A DNA stretch of 64,000 bases from Heptranchias perlo (taxonomy: Eukaryota). The notes beneath the pieces were generated by a model. The model did no database searches, was not told where the DNA came from, and saw only the letters and a program-made list of their open reading frames with translations. A program made the translations under genes and the position numbers. This document shows positions 12,956-25,114 of the stretch, piece by piece. Numbering within the stretch: the stretch's first letter is position 1; every line of letters starts with the position of its first letter. The DNA lies in assembly GCF_035084215.1 (NCBI RefSeq), contig NC_090340.1:4588001-4652000 (forward strand). The letters run 5' to 3'.

Positions 12956-13589
12956 TATCACCGATTCCGCAGTAGGTAGAGTCGTGTCTGTCTAGGAATC
13001 TTGAAGAAAGTACGCTTTCCTCCCTGCCTGGGGTATCTTCGTTGATTCACACTGCTTCTGCCCCGCCAGTGGTGACCCCTTAGACTCCTTGTCCTCAGTC
13101 CTGCTCCGCTTGGAGCCACTTATTTTTCTGGATCGTTCGTCAAAATTACTGTTGGGTTGGTCTCCAATGCTACCAGTCGTTACTCCTGCCAAGTCTCTAC
13201 AACTTGATATCAGTGCAAGGTGCTGTTTTTTATGCCTCTTTTGGGGGAGTACTCCGTGTTAGCTATTGACATGGGCCCTTACCCTATTGGGGTGTCCCAA
13301 AAAGGCGAGGTGTCCAATGGTCCCTCGTGCTGTTGTTTCTTTAAGGGTAAAGTGTCGGCCTTCCCCACTATCTTCCACCTTTCAGCGGTCTGCAAGAACA
13401 ACAAGTGTCCCACCTGTGGTCTCAACCAACCATCACGTCTACAGAGTGGCTTAAGACTGTTTTTGCCTCACCTTATCTATTTTTTTGCCTCCGATTGGGC
13501 TGGGAATCCATCTTTCCCCAGGCCTTCTTTGACTTCTTCAACTTCCAGGCCAGATGTCATTTACCAGCCTGTAAGGCTTCACTGTTTTA

Positions 13590-14168
13590 CTGTTGAAACT
13601 TTATAAAACACTGGTTCTGCCACAACTGGAATGTCATGTCCAATTCTAGTAAAGATGTGAACTTGAGGAAGGATGTGAATGCTTTACAGAGGGTGCAAAA
13701 AAGTTTTATTGGAATGGTTCCAGGGATGAGGGAGTTCAGTTATGTGGATAGAGTGAAGAAGCTGTGGTTGTTCTCCTTGGAGCAGAGAAGGTTGAGAGAT
13801 CTTTTTCAAAATCACGAAGGGTTCAGATAAAGTAAATAAAGGGGAACTGTTCCCATTGGCAGAAGTGTCGAGAACAACAGGACAAAGATGAAAGGTGATT
13901 GGCAAAAGAACCAAAGGGGACCTGAGGATTTTTTCTTTGCCCAGTGGGTAGTTATGATCTGCAATGCATTACCTGAAGGTGCGGTTGAAGCGAATTCAAT
14001 CGTGGCTTTCAAAGAGGAAGTGGATAAATTCTTGAAGGGAAAATATAAGCAGGGCTACGGGGAAAAAGCGGGGGCGTGGGACTAACTGGATTGCTCTTAA
14101 ACAGAGCCGGCATGGGCTCAATGGGCAGAATGGCCTCCTTATGTGCTATAAAGATTCTATGATTCTAG
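13590..14168 (+). mobile_element. CR1 3' fragment
   Basis: KDVNALQRVQ..LFSLEQRRLR; (gattctat)n tail at 14152-14168. Confidence 0.85.
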
Positions 14169-14375
14169 ATACAATTTAGGTTCTGAAATATTTCGGGTTT
14201 AGTGGTTCAAATGCATGACAGTCTTTATAATACAGGACTATTCAGCTCCACGGCGACTGGAGATATTTGTGAAAGTAGTGGAATTGCTAGCACCAAATAT
14301 TCAGTGGAAGTTGCGTGCTCCGTAACCAAGAAACTCACAGTTAAGTTTTGCATTTTTGAATTTTACTCGGCACAG

Positions 14376-14410
14376 AGTCAAATCAAGACGGATCTCATTC
14401 TGAAGAACCG
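14376..14410 (+). pseudogene. Candidate short cytoplasmic exon (x-SNQDGSHSEEP) of the decayed inhibitory receptor
   Basis: ttttactcggcacag| acceptor, ccg|gtatgt donor; 35 nt, phase 1 to phase 0, matching the phase-0 exon at 18480. Confidence 0.4.
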
Positions 14411-15229
14411 GTATGTTCATATATATCACCATTTTGTTGGGAAGTAGGCGATGTGAAGTTGGAAAAAAAGGACATCCATCTAACTTCCATAGTTTACCGA
14501 ATGACTTACACTTTTATCTTTGTTTATGTGTATATCTTCATTCTGATGTATGCTGTGAGATTTAGAAGTGAAACCAATCTATTTAGTTCCCTTTAGCCGT
14601 ATCCGCGTCAAGTAGGGGACGTATTTTAATTGAAATTCAACCAACTCTATCTTGATTACGGGTAGCAAGTCCATGATTCAGTAACGGACACGCTCCATTA
14701 TAGTCCCCCACTTTGTACTTCAGGCATTTTGGTCTATATGTGCAAAATTGCAAGCCAGTCTTATTAGCGTGAAATTGCTGATCTCGGTACGTCCACCCAT
14801 ATCTTTTAGGTGGTTGAGATTGAGGAAGCTAATTTAATTCTACACGATAGGTAGATAAATAGAAAGAGAGAGAGAAGAAGCGACAGGAAAGTTATAGTGA
14901 GGATCCCCACTTCCCGGGAAAATTATGGCGGAGGAATGACGGGGATACTGAAGAAACAGCATCAACGACAGTTTTTTTTTTACCTTCATGCTCATTCTTC
15001 GGGATTCCACCAATCTTCCGGCTAAGAATTCCAGCGAAAATTTGGAATAATTTACTCCATGAATTTGGGTGGCGTATAAGGTCTGGCATTTTCTCCCTGA
15101 GTGCCTTTCTGTTTCAGATGGGGAAAGATTATACTTGGGGGTTACTGTTGATAATGTTGTTGAAACCATCAGCATAATATTCAGTAGTGATGAAGTATGA
15201 AAATACGATTATGCATTTACAGCCAAGAA

Positions 15230-15960
15230 GGATGGACTCGAAGTTCGAGTGGTAATGGCTTGGACATAAAAAATAAATTTAAATTGGTCAAATTTACAGA
15301 TGGAACCAAACTTGCAGTAAAACTGAAATTGGGCGAAGCAGCAAAAATTATAGAATGGATCGGATGAAATATGCAAATAGCTATAATAATGTCAGATACA
15401 CGTTAATACACACAAATGTATTCTGCTGCACGTAAAAAGAAACAAAGGCAGCTCGTGAATGGTGTTGAAATAAGTAAAGGTGAGCTGAAAGGCACAAGAG
15501 TCTTATTTGGCATGATGCTAAACAAGTTGACTCATTCCAGAGGAGAAATCAATGATGCCAACACGATGTTGAACCACGTAGACAAAACAATAGAATGCAA
15601 TTCATTGGAAGCCATGATAAAACTGCATAGTCCTTCAATTATAATACATTCTGAGTGTTTTGTCGAAACCTAGAAAGATGGGTGAAATGCAAGCATTGAA
15701 TGTAGTGCACAGAACACATGACTGATACCTAATCTTAGATGTCCGAGTTATGGTGAATCAATGAAGAAACGTGGTGTTTTAAGTCTTAAAAAATGCTTCA
15801 GGAAGTTGTGATCATAGAGGTATATTTGATTCTAAACAGTATGAAAATGGTAATTCCGGAAAATTACTTGAAATAAAATCAAATTAAATTGAAATGCGAG
15901 AGTAGGAAAAGGGTCGACATATTCAAAACGACAAAAGGCAAATCGGTGACTGAGGTCACA
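15230..15960 (+). mobile_element. Very old CR1-like RT fragment
   Basis: Degenerate KF.D.TKL and AN.ML motifs and a CR1-like C-terminal pattern. Confidence 0.5.
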
Positions 15961-15984
15961 TCAGGGAAAATAGTAAAATGTTAA

Positions 15985-18305
15985 AATTAAAGGTGCTGAT
16001 CTGAAGGCACATAGCATTTGTATCGTAATACATGAATTAATGACACAAATAGAGATAAAATGGGTTTGATCCAGTAGCCATTACTGAGACGTGTTTGCAG
16101 GGTGACCAGGGCTGGAAAGTAAATATTCCAGGTTATTTTACTTTTGGAAAAGATAGTCGAAGTAGAAAAGAAGGGTGGGTAGTTGGCCGGGGGGGGGGGG
16201 GGTGGTGAAGAGGGTGGGGGGTTGTGTAGGCCTGATAATAAAGGATTAGATAAAGGCAATCGTGAGAAAGAATCTTAGATCAGAAAATCATAATGTAGAA
16301 TCTTTATGGATGGTGCAAAGAAATAACAAGGGGCAGGAAACATTGGTGGGAGTAGTTTACAGGCCTCCTAACAGTAGTGATAGCGTTGGAGAAAGTGTAA
16401 ATCAGAAAAGTAGGATGAACATGTAACAAGGGTGAATAATCGTGGTGGAATTTAATATTCTTATTGACAGGCCAAACCAAGCATTCGAGGCAGTTTTCTA
16501 GAAAAATATTTGCAGCAACCAACTGAGGAACAGATTCTTTTAGACCTAGTATTCTGTGATGAGACATGGTTAATTAATAAACTTATACTTGAGCATACAC
16601 TGGAGAGGTATGAACATAATATGATAGAATTGCATATCGAGCTTGAGAGTGATGCAGTTGAGTCCGAAACTAGGGTCTTAAATTTAAACAAAGCCAAATG
16701 CACAGTTATGAGGGGCGTGTTGGCTAAGATAGATTGGGAAATTGGGTTAAGAGATATGACGGTAGATCAGCAACGGCAAACAGTTAAATAAATAATGCAT
16801 AATTCTCAATGAATACACATTCCCGTGAGGAAAAATAACCTCCACGGGAAAAATGATCCAGCAATGGGTAACTTGAGAACTTAAAAATAGTATTAGATTA
16901 AAATAAGAGGCTTACAATGTTGCCAAGAAGAATAATATGCCTCAGGATTGAGAGGGTTTCAGAAATCAGCAATGGGTGACCAAAAAATTGACAACGGGGC
17001 AGAAAATTGAATATGATTGTAAACTAGCAAGAAATATCAAAACAGATCGTAAGAGCTTCTACAAGTATGTAAAAATGAACAGATTAGTGAACGAAAACGT
17101 GGGTCCTTCAGAGGCAGAGTCAGGAAAAAAAATAAAATGGGGAATAAAGAAGTGGCAGAGACATTAAACAAATATTTTGTATCTGTTTCACAGTAGAAGA
17201 CACAAAAAACATACAGGCACAATGGGGAAACAATGGTCTAATGAGAGGAAGGAACTTAAATTAATTAAGATTAGTAAAGAAAAAGTACTGGAGAAATAAA
17301 TGGGACTGAAAGCCGACAAATCTCCTGGACCTGATGGTTTACATACTCGGGTTTTCAAAGAGGTGACTGCAGAGATAATGGGTGCATTGGTTTTGATCTT
17401 TCAGTATTCCCTAGATTCCAGATCTGTCCACGTGGATTGAAAGGCAGCAATGTAACCCCGCTGTCAAGAAGGGAGATTGACTGAAAACAGGGAACTATAG
17501 GCCAGTTAGCCTGACATCAGTAGTAGGGAAAATGCTTGAATATGTTATTAAGGACGTTGTAACAGGACACTTAGAAAATCATAAAAAGATTAGCAGAGTG
17601 AACACGGTGTTATGAAAGGGATGTCGTGTTTGACAAATCTATTAGAGTTTTTTGATGATGAAATTAGCAGGTTAGATGAGGGGGAACCAGTGGATGTAAG
17701 GTGCTACACAGAAGGTTGTTACACAACGTTATGGCTCATGGGATTGATGTTAGCATGGATTGAGGATTGGTTAACGGAGAGAAAACAGACTATAAATAAA
17801 TGTGTTATTTTCAGGCTGGCAGGTTGCAACTAGTGGGGCACCGCAAGGATTAAAGCTTCGGCCTCGGCTGTTTACAATGTATATCAATGATGTAGATAAG
17901 GGGACTGAGTGTAATGTATCCAAATTTACTGATTACACAAAGCTAGGTAGGAAAATAACCTGTGAGGTGGATGCAAAGAGGCTGCAAAATGATATAGACA
18001 GGTTAGTTAGTGGCGAGACGGTGACAGGTGCAATATAATATGGGGAAATGTGAAATTATCCATTTTGGTAGGAAGAATAGAAAAGCAGAATATTTTAAAA
18101 CTGTCAGAGACTATGAAATGTTGATATTCCGAGGGATATGGGTTTCCTTGCAGAAGAATCACGGAAAGTGAACATGAAGGCACAGTGAGCAACCCGGAAG
18201 GCAAATGGTATGTTAGCCTTTATTGCAAGGGGTTTGGAGTATAAGAGCAAGGAGTTCTTGCTCCAATTATATAGGGCTCTGGTGAGACCACACAGGGAGT
18301 ACTGT
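15985..18305 (+). mobile_element. CR1 ORF2 fragment (APE to RT)
   Basis: QPT..QILLDLV, KLARNIKTD.KSFYKY, SCLTNLLEFF, PQG..L.P.LF.MYIND, KFTD.TKL. Confidence 0.88.
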
Positions 18306-18479
18306 GCCAATGTATAATACGGTGCAACTTCCAATATTGATATCACACTGATATCCACAGTTACGTTCAGTAAGATATCATAATCCTGGTAAACACTTTG
18401 CAACCAAAATCTGTTTTATATATTAATCTGCGAACTGATGAGGAAAATGAATTAACCGGATATTCCTTTACTTTTGCAG

Positions 18480-18652
18480 ACCATGCAATAAACAGATGAC
18501 AAAAAGTTGACTTACGCTGCTCTAAATATGGTTGGGTCCGAAAGAAGAGGAATGCACAAACAGAAGGGAAATGTACCGAATATGCAGCAATCAGGTTACA
18601 GCGGCAAGAACGAGAGACACGGCCGGTCTACAGCGATCCAGTTGTCAAATGA
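18480..18652 (+). pseudogene. Terminal cytoplasmic exon of an inhibitory Ig-superfamily receptor with ITIM (LTYAAL) and ITSM (TEYAAI), disrupted
   Basis: Strong acceptor ttcctttacttttgcag|; reads TMQ*TDDKKLTYAALNMVGSERRGMHKQK, then 1-nt frameshift, then KCTEYAAIRLQRQERETRPVYSDPVVK*. Confidence 0.7.
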
Positions 18653-20179
18653 TTTCAGATACGGACATTGCAGTACGTTTTCTGTAAGGTGCCGACCTGT
18701 TGATCCACGTTTCCAGGGGAGGAATCACTCCAGTGTCACCTCAGTGTGAAGAACAGTATGGCCCTGAATATGTGTACGTGCTATTACCGTATAATTATCA
18801 CATTAGTTGTTTTTCGTTTATTAAGTGCTGTTGCTTGATCCTGAAATGTATATTATTTTTGCATCACTCAATTAAACTTAAATTATTTAAAACATTGAAT
18901 ATTTATAATACCAATCATTTTGAGGTTTAGTGTTGTACCTTCATACGAACATGGTGATCTCTTTACTCTATCCATTCAACATGCCGCAACTCCAGTTTCA
19001 GACAATTTTCCTCGTGTACCTGTGTACATTGTCGTATTACTCAAAACAGCATTCTTCTGGTTGTAAGACTCCAAATGTTTTCTTCCGTTCCTCTGAAATG
19101 TTGACACTTGAAATATAAACCCAGAGACCAAGAAAAGCTGAGGGGGATGTTTTAACTTATCTCCACGGAAAGACTGGATAAAACTCACTAGATGTAAACC
19201 GCCTCATTTAATTGCCAATTCAATCAATGTGCCCAACGCTGAGTACATGGGGAAGAAATTGTACCTTCGCACAATCGCAAAGCAGGCGACAACGATTGAA
19301 ATCAACAGAAAAGTAAATCGATTGGATGTCTACCAATTCGCTATAACGTGTTTTGCGTTACCATCGAAGACAAATTGGACCGCTTGGACTTCACACGACA
19401 CGACATACTTCCCACGATTTTCTCTCTATTAAGGATCATAAATCAAATTCAAGATGATTGTTATTCCTCAGACCAGACAAGCCGTACCTGCGGAATAGGC
19501 CAGCAATATTTATACCTTCAATATTTCTTCTGCTCTACGGGAGTGTTGTAACATGTTGCTTAGATTCAGCTTCAAGGGTTATGCATACCATTACAAGATA
19601 CGTCCATATTGCTTCTCATTACCACCAAGTATCTGTATGGCTTGTGAAAGCTCTTTTGATTCTGCCTGAAGCACATTACAGCAGATTCTGATGCGACATT
19701 ATTGATGAAATCAGAGGTCATCTGCAATGGGTTCCACTTACAGTCCATGAACTTAGATCTATTTTCCACTGGTTAGACACGCCTCGAATTTCTGCTAGGG
19801 CTTTACTGCTCTTCAATAACTTCGGCGGTGATTCGGAGAACCCTCGGATAAACAGTGTAGGCATCTAACAGGAAAGGTCGTTTACGCAGTTCTGGCAGTG
19901 TTTATTTCGATATTCCGACACAGTTAAGTTGGGTTATCTGGAATAACAAGGGCATATTCTCTCCCAGTCTGTTTTTGGCGGTTTTAAGCAATCTGGTGTG
20001 AGATATCTGCTCCTAGAAGGATCAATGGTTCAGTATATCTGAGATATCCCGATCATGACCAGAAATATATTTCCACCGCCTTACAGATGAACTTCTGACT
20101 TGCATTTGTCAGTCATGAAAGTACACGTCCACATCGAGATGGTAACAGCTTGGGAAAAGTATGCTAGCGGCAGCTAAAG

Positions 20180-23100
20180 CCATCAGTAATGATGGCCATG
20201 AAACTACTGGATTGTCGTAAAAACCCATCTGGTTCACTAATGTCCTTTAGGGAAGGAAACCTGCCGTCCTTACCTGGTCTGGCCTATATGTGACTCCAGA
20301 CCCACAGCAATGTGGTTGATTCTTAATTGCCCTCTGAAATGGCCTAGCAAGCCACTCAGTTGTAAAATCTCGCTACGAAAAGTCACAATAAGAATAAAAC
20401 CGGACGGACCACTCGGCATCGGACCACTAGGCACCGGACACGACAACGGCAAAACACCAAGCCCAGTCGACCCTGCAAGGTCCTCCTTACTAACATCTGG
20501 GGACTTGTGCCAAAATTGGGAGAGCTGTCCCACAGTCTAGTCAAGCAACAGCCTGACCTAGCCATACTTACAGAATCATACCTTTCAGCCAACGTCCCAT
20601 ACTCTTCCATCACCATCCCTGGGTATGTCCTGTCCCACCGGCAGGACAGACCCACCAGAGGTGGCGGTACAGTGATATACAGTCAGGAGGGAGTGGCCCT
20701 GGGAGTCCTCAACATTGACTCTGGACCCCATGAAATCTCATGGCATCAGGTCAAACATGGGCAAGGAAACCTCCCGCTGATTACCACCTACCGTCCTCCC
20801 TCAGCTGATGAATCAGTCCTCCTCCATGTTGAACACCACTTGGAGGAAGCACTGAGAGTAGCAAGGGCACAAAATGTACTCTCGGTGGGGACTTCAATGT
20901 CCATCACCAAGAGTGGCTAGGCAGCACCACTACTGACCGAGCTGGCCGAGTCCTGAAGGACATAGCTGCTAGACTGGGCCTGCGGCAGGTGGTGAGCGAA
21001 CCAACACGAGGGAAAAACTTACTTGACCTCGTCCTCACCAATCTACCTGTCGCAAATGCATCTGTCCATGACAGTATTGGTAGGAGTGACCACCGCACAG
21101 TCCTCGTGGAGATGAAGTCCCGTCTTCGCACTGAGGACACCATCCAACGTGTTGTGTGGCACAACCACCGTGCTAAATGAGATAGATTCAGAACGGATCT
21201 AGCAGCTCAAAACTGGGCACCCATGAGGCGCTGTGGGCCATCAGCAGCAGCAGAATTGTATTCCAGCACAATCTGTAACCTCATGGCCCGGCATATTCCT
21301 CACTCTACCATTACCAACAAGCCAGGGGATCAACCCTGGTTCAATGAGGAGTGTAGAAGAGCATGCCAGGAGCAGCATCAGGCGTACCTAAAAATGAGGT
21401 GCCAACCTGGTGAAGCTACAACTCAGGACTACATGCATGCTGAACAGCGGAAGCAACATGCTATAGACAGAGCTAAGCGATTGCACAACCAACGGAGCAG
21501 ATCAAAGCTCTGCAGTCCTGCCACATCCAATCGTGAATGGTGGTGGACAATTAAACAACTAACGGGAGGAGGAGGCTCTGCAAACATCCCCATCCTCAAT
21601 GATGGCGGAGTCCAGCACGTGAGTGCAAAAGACAAGGCTGAAGCGTTTGCAACCATCATCAGCCAGAAGTACCGAGTGGATGATCCATCTCAGCCTCCTC
21701 CCGATATCCTCACCATCACAGAAGCCAGTCTTCAGCCAATTCGATTCACTCCACGTGATATCAAGAAACGGCTGAGTGCACTGGATACAGCAAAGGCTAT
21801 GGGCCCCGACAACATCCCGGCTGTAGTGCTGAAGACTTGTGCTCCAGAACTAGCTGCGCCTCTAGCCAAGCTGTTCCAGTACAGCTACAACACTGGCATC
21901 TACCCGACACTGTGGAAAATTGCCCAGGTATGTCCTGTCCACAAAAAGCAGGACAAATCCAATCCGGCCAACTACCGCCCCATCAGTCTACTCTCAATCA
22001 TCAGAAAAGTGATGGAAGGTGTCGTCGACAGTGCTATCAAGCGACAGTTACTCACCAATAACCTGCTCACCGATGCTCAGTTTGGGTTCCGCCAGGACCA
22101 CTCGGCTCCAGACCTCATTACAGCGTTGGTCCAAACATGGACAAAAGAGCTGAATTCCAGAGGTGAGGTGAGAGTGACTGCCTTTGACATCAAGGCAGCA
22201 TTTGACCGAGTGTGGCACCAAGGAGCCCGAGTAAAATTGAAGTCAATGGGAATCAGGGGAAAAACTCTCCAGTGGCTGGAGTCATACCTAGCACAAAGGA
22301 AGATGGTAGTGGTTGTTGGAGGCCAATCATCTCAGCCCCAGGACATTGCTGCAGGAGTTCCTCAGGGCAGTGTCCTAGGCCCAACCATCTTCAGCTGCTT
22401 CATCAATGACCTTCCCTCCATCATAAGGTCAGAAATGGGGATGTTCGCTGATGACTGCACAGTGTTCAGTTCCATTCGCAACCCCTCAAATAATGAAGCA
22501 GTCCGAGCCCGCATGCAGCAAGACCTGGACAACATCCAGGCTTGGGCTCACAAGTGGCAAGTAACATTCGCGCCAGATAAGTGCCAGGCAATGACCATCT
22601 CCAACAAGAGAGAGTCTAACCACCTCCCCTTGACATTCAATGGCATTACCATCGCCGAATCCCCCACCATCAACATCCTGGGGGTCACCATTGACCAGAA
22701 ACTTAACTGGACCAGCCATATAAATACTGTGGCTACTAGAGCAGGTCAGAGGCTGGGTGTTCTGCGGCGAATGACTCACCTCCTGACTCCCCAAAGCCTT
22801 TCCACCATCTACAAGGCCGCAAGTCAGGAGTGTGATGGAATACTCCCCACTTGCCTGGATGAGTGCAGCTCCAACAACACTCAAGAAGCTCGACACCATC
22901 CAAGATAAAGCAGCCCGCTTGATTGGCACCCCATCCACCACCCTGAACATTCACTCCCTTCACCACCGGCGCACCGTGGCTGCAGTGTGCACTATCCACA
23001 GGATGCACTGCAGCAACTCGCCAAGGCTTCTCCGACAGCACCTCCCAAACCCGCGACCTCTACCACCTCGAAGGACAGGAGCAGCAGGCACGTGGGAACA

Positions 23101-23345
23101 ACACCACCTGCACGTTCCCCTCCAAGTCACACACCATCCCGACTTGGAAATATATCGCCGTTCCTTCATCGTCGCTGGGTCAAAATCCTGGAACTCCCTT
23201 CCTAACAGCACTGTGGGAGAACCGTCACCACACGGACTGCAGCGGTTCAAGAACGCGGCTCACCACCACCTTCTCAAGGGCAATTTGGGATGGGCAATAA
23301 ATGCTGGCCTCGCCAGCGACGCCCACATCCCGTGAACGAATAAAA
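20180..23345 (+). mobile_element. Young near full-length single-ORF APE-RT LINE (CR1-group-like) with SINE-core 5'UTR
   Basis: APE motifs TNIWGL, ILTESYL, DR..RGGG, EPTRG.NLLDLVLTN, SDH; RT motifs QFGFR, FDIKAAFDRVWH, GVPQGSVLGP, FADD; A-rich tail; few lesions. Confidence 0.95.
20366..23287 (+). pseudogene. LINE endonuclease-reverse transcriptase ORF (~970 codons; frameshifts ~20884, ~22817, ~23098; stop at 21178)
   Basis: Track ORFs 20507-20920, 20989-21180, 21223-22908 and 22832-23335 join into one APE-RT frame. Confidence 0.9.
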
Positions 23346-23654
23346 TTTTAAAAAAACAAAAAACTTCTTCCCCCGACAGCAGGAAACAGTTTTTTTTTCA
23401 GGCAAAACACCAACTATTGTGCAACGGAAGAAAAAGGAAATAAGAAAACACCTTGCCATTTTCTGATGAATCAGCTAATCCCACCTCATGGATGTTCCTC
23501 ATATTCTTATTGCGGTTCCTTAGCAATTGTGTGAAGTAGCGTAAACTCAAGTTCAGTACCATTTGGTTGCTATTGCGACATTCCTGACCCTTCTGTATCC
23601 CGGTGCCCCAATGTCTCGAATTTAAAATTAATTTAATCGGGATCTATTCCCTTA

Positions 23655-23982
23655 TTGGCTTCGCCCACCCTGTCCCTGTAACCTCCTGCAGCCGTACAAC
23701 CTTCCAAGATCTCTGCGTTCCATCAACTGTGCCGTTAACCTATCATTAGCTGCAGTGCCTTCAGCCGTCACGGCCCTTACTTCCCCAAACCTCTCTGCAG
23801 TTGAATCTTTTTCCCTGCTTTAAGACCCTCATTAAAACATACCTCTTTGACCAAACTTTCAGTCACCTCTCCTAATATCCCCTTTGTTGTGAGTCCGTGT
23901 CACTTTTCTGAGTTGGGTACCTTACTTGAAACGCCTTTGGACGTTTCTCTCCTTTAAAGGCGCTTTAAATGCAGCTTTTGTT
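23655..23982 (+). mobile_element. L2-like LINE 3' end
   Basis: gccttcagc, tttaagac.ctc.ttaaaac.tacctctttgaccaa, aaggcgct.taaatgca tail. Confidence 0.6.
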
Positions 23983-25114
23983 TTAATACGTGCGTTAACT
24001 TTTCAAAGAGGTCTGCGAAATACACGCCATTGGGACATTGTACCTCGATAGTATTTCACTGGGTCCCAATCGAAATTTTAACTTAGTGGTACAAAGGAAT
24101 AATCGATTGTTAAAATGTCTGTTCGTGTAACTTTAAATTTCCTTCATCGACACCTTCTTTAGTTCATCACCAAGAGTTAATTAATTGTGGACCTTCAGTA
24201 TAGGTGACATGAAAAACAATTACCAGGTAGGAGTGCAGTATTTTTGTACAATGTATTTGCATGAAACCATATTCAGGCACAGCTGTGCACACACCACAAT
24301 TTAACAGGCCTTAGCAATGCATACCATTGATAACCTGAAGGCAATCAATTCTTCCTTCTGATTTATAACTCCAAGAGCCGGTCTACCGTTACCTTGTAGT
24401 ACCACACTTGAAGTTATTTTGCCTCAACGCGTGAATTAGGTCTTCTCTGACTGGTTTATCGGTAGAGCTACACCATGAGACTAAAGCTTAGAAATTATGC
24501 AAGAATCATGGAACATGATTCCCAATAGGTGATCATTTAAGGACACGTATTGCACGAGCAGAGCTAATAATAGGCGAACAAAACGACAAACAGAATAAAG
24601 GAGACAGTGAATGAAGAGACTTATGGAATGAATGTTCGCGGGGGCTCCCCCAATTGTCAGCTGAAGAGTCAGATAAACACTTTGTGGAAACATCAGTTTG
24701 TGCTGTCTTATCGGGCTTTCAGCGAAAGAGAGACATTCGTAAAAGATTCTCCAGATGGTTTGCTGCAACTTCGAAGGAAGATCAATATCGAGGCAGGGCA
24801 AGTACAAACATCATTTGTACCGTTTCTGTGGAGTTTCCGCTTACCTTCCACCCAAGTTCCGGTGGAAGGTCGCGGAAAATCCGTAGAAACTCTGTTGCTT
24901 TTGGCAGAATCCACTAAAGGAAACACATCTTTAAAACTAAACAGCAAAAACAGACCAATAAAATTAACATAAAGTAATGAAAGCCATGGCGAGGCCTCAC
25001 GAGGACCGGTTATAAAATCTTGATTACGATTGGCCTGCGTTTAGAACGATGAGAGCTTTTTTAATAGAGCTGCTTAAAATGATCAAAGGGTTCGATAGGG
25101 TAGCTATTCCCTCG

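Noticed and set aside
21429-23250. Long minus-strand ORFs within the LINE
   Set aside because: Antisense shadows of the RT frame with no recognisable motifs.
24481-24972. Overlapping 80-120 aa ORFs including EDQYRGRAS
   Set aside because: No coherent domain or exon boundaries; partly overlaps a palindromic repeat.
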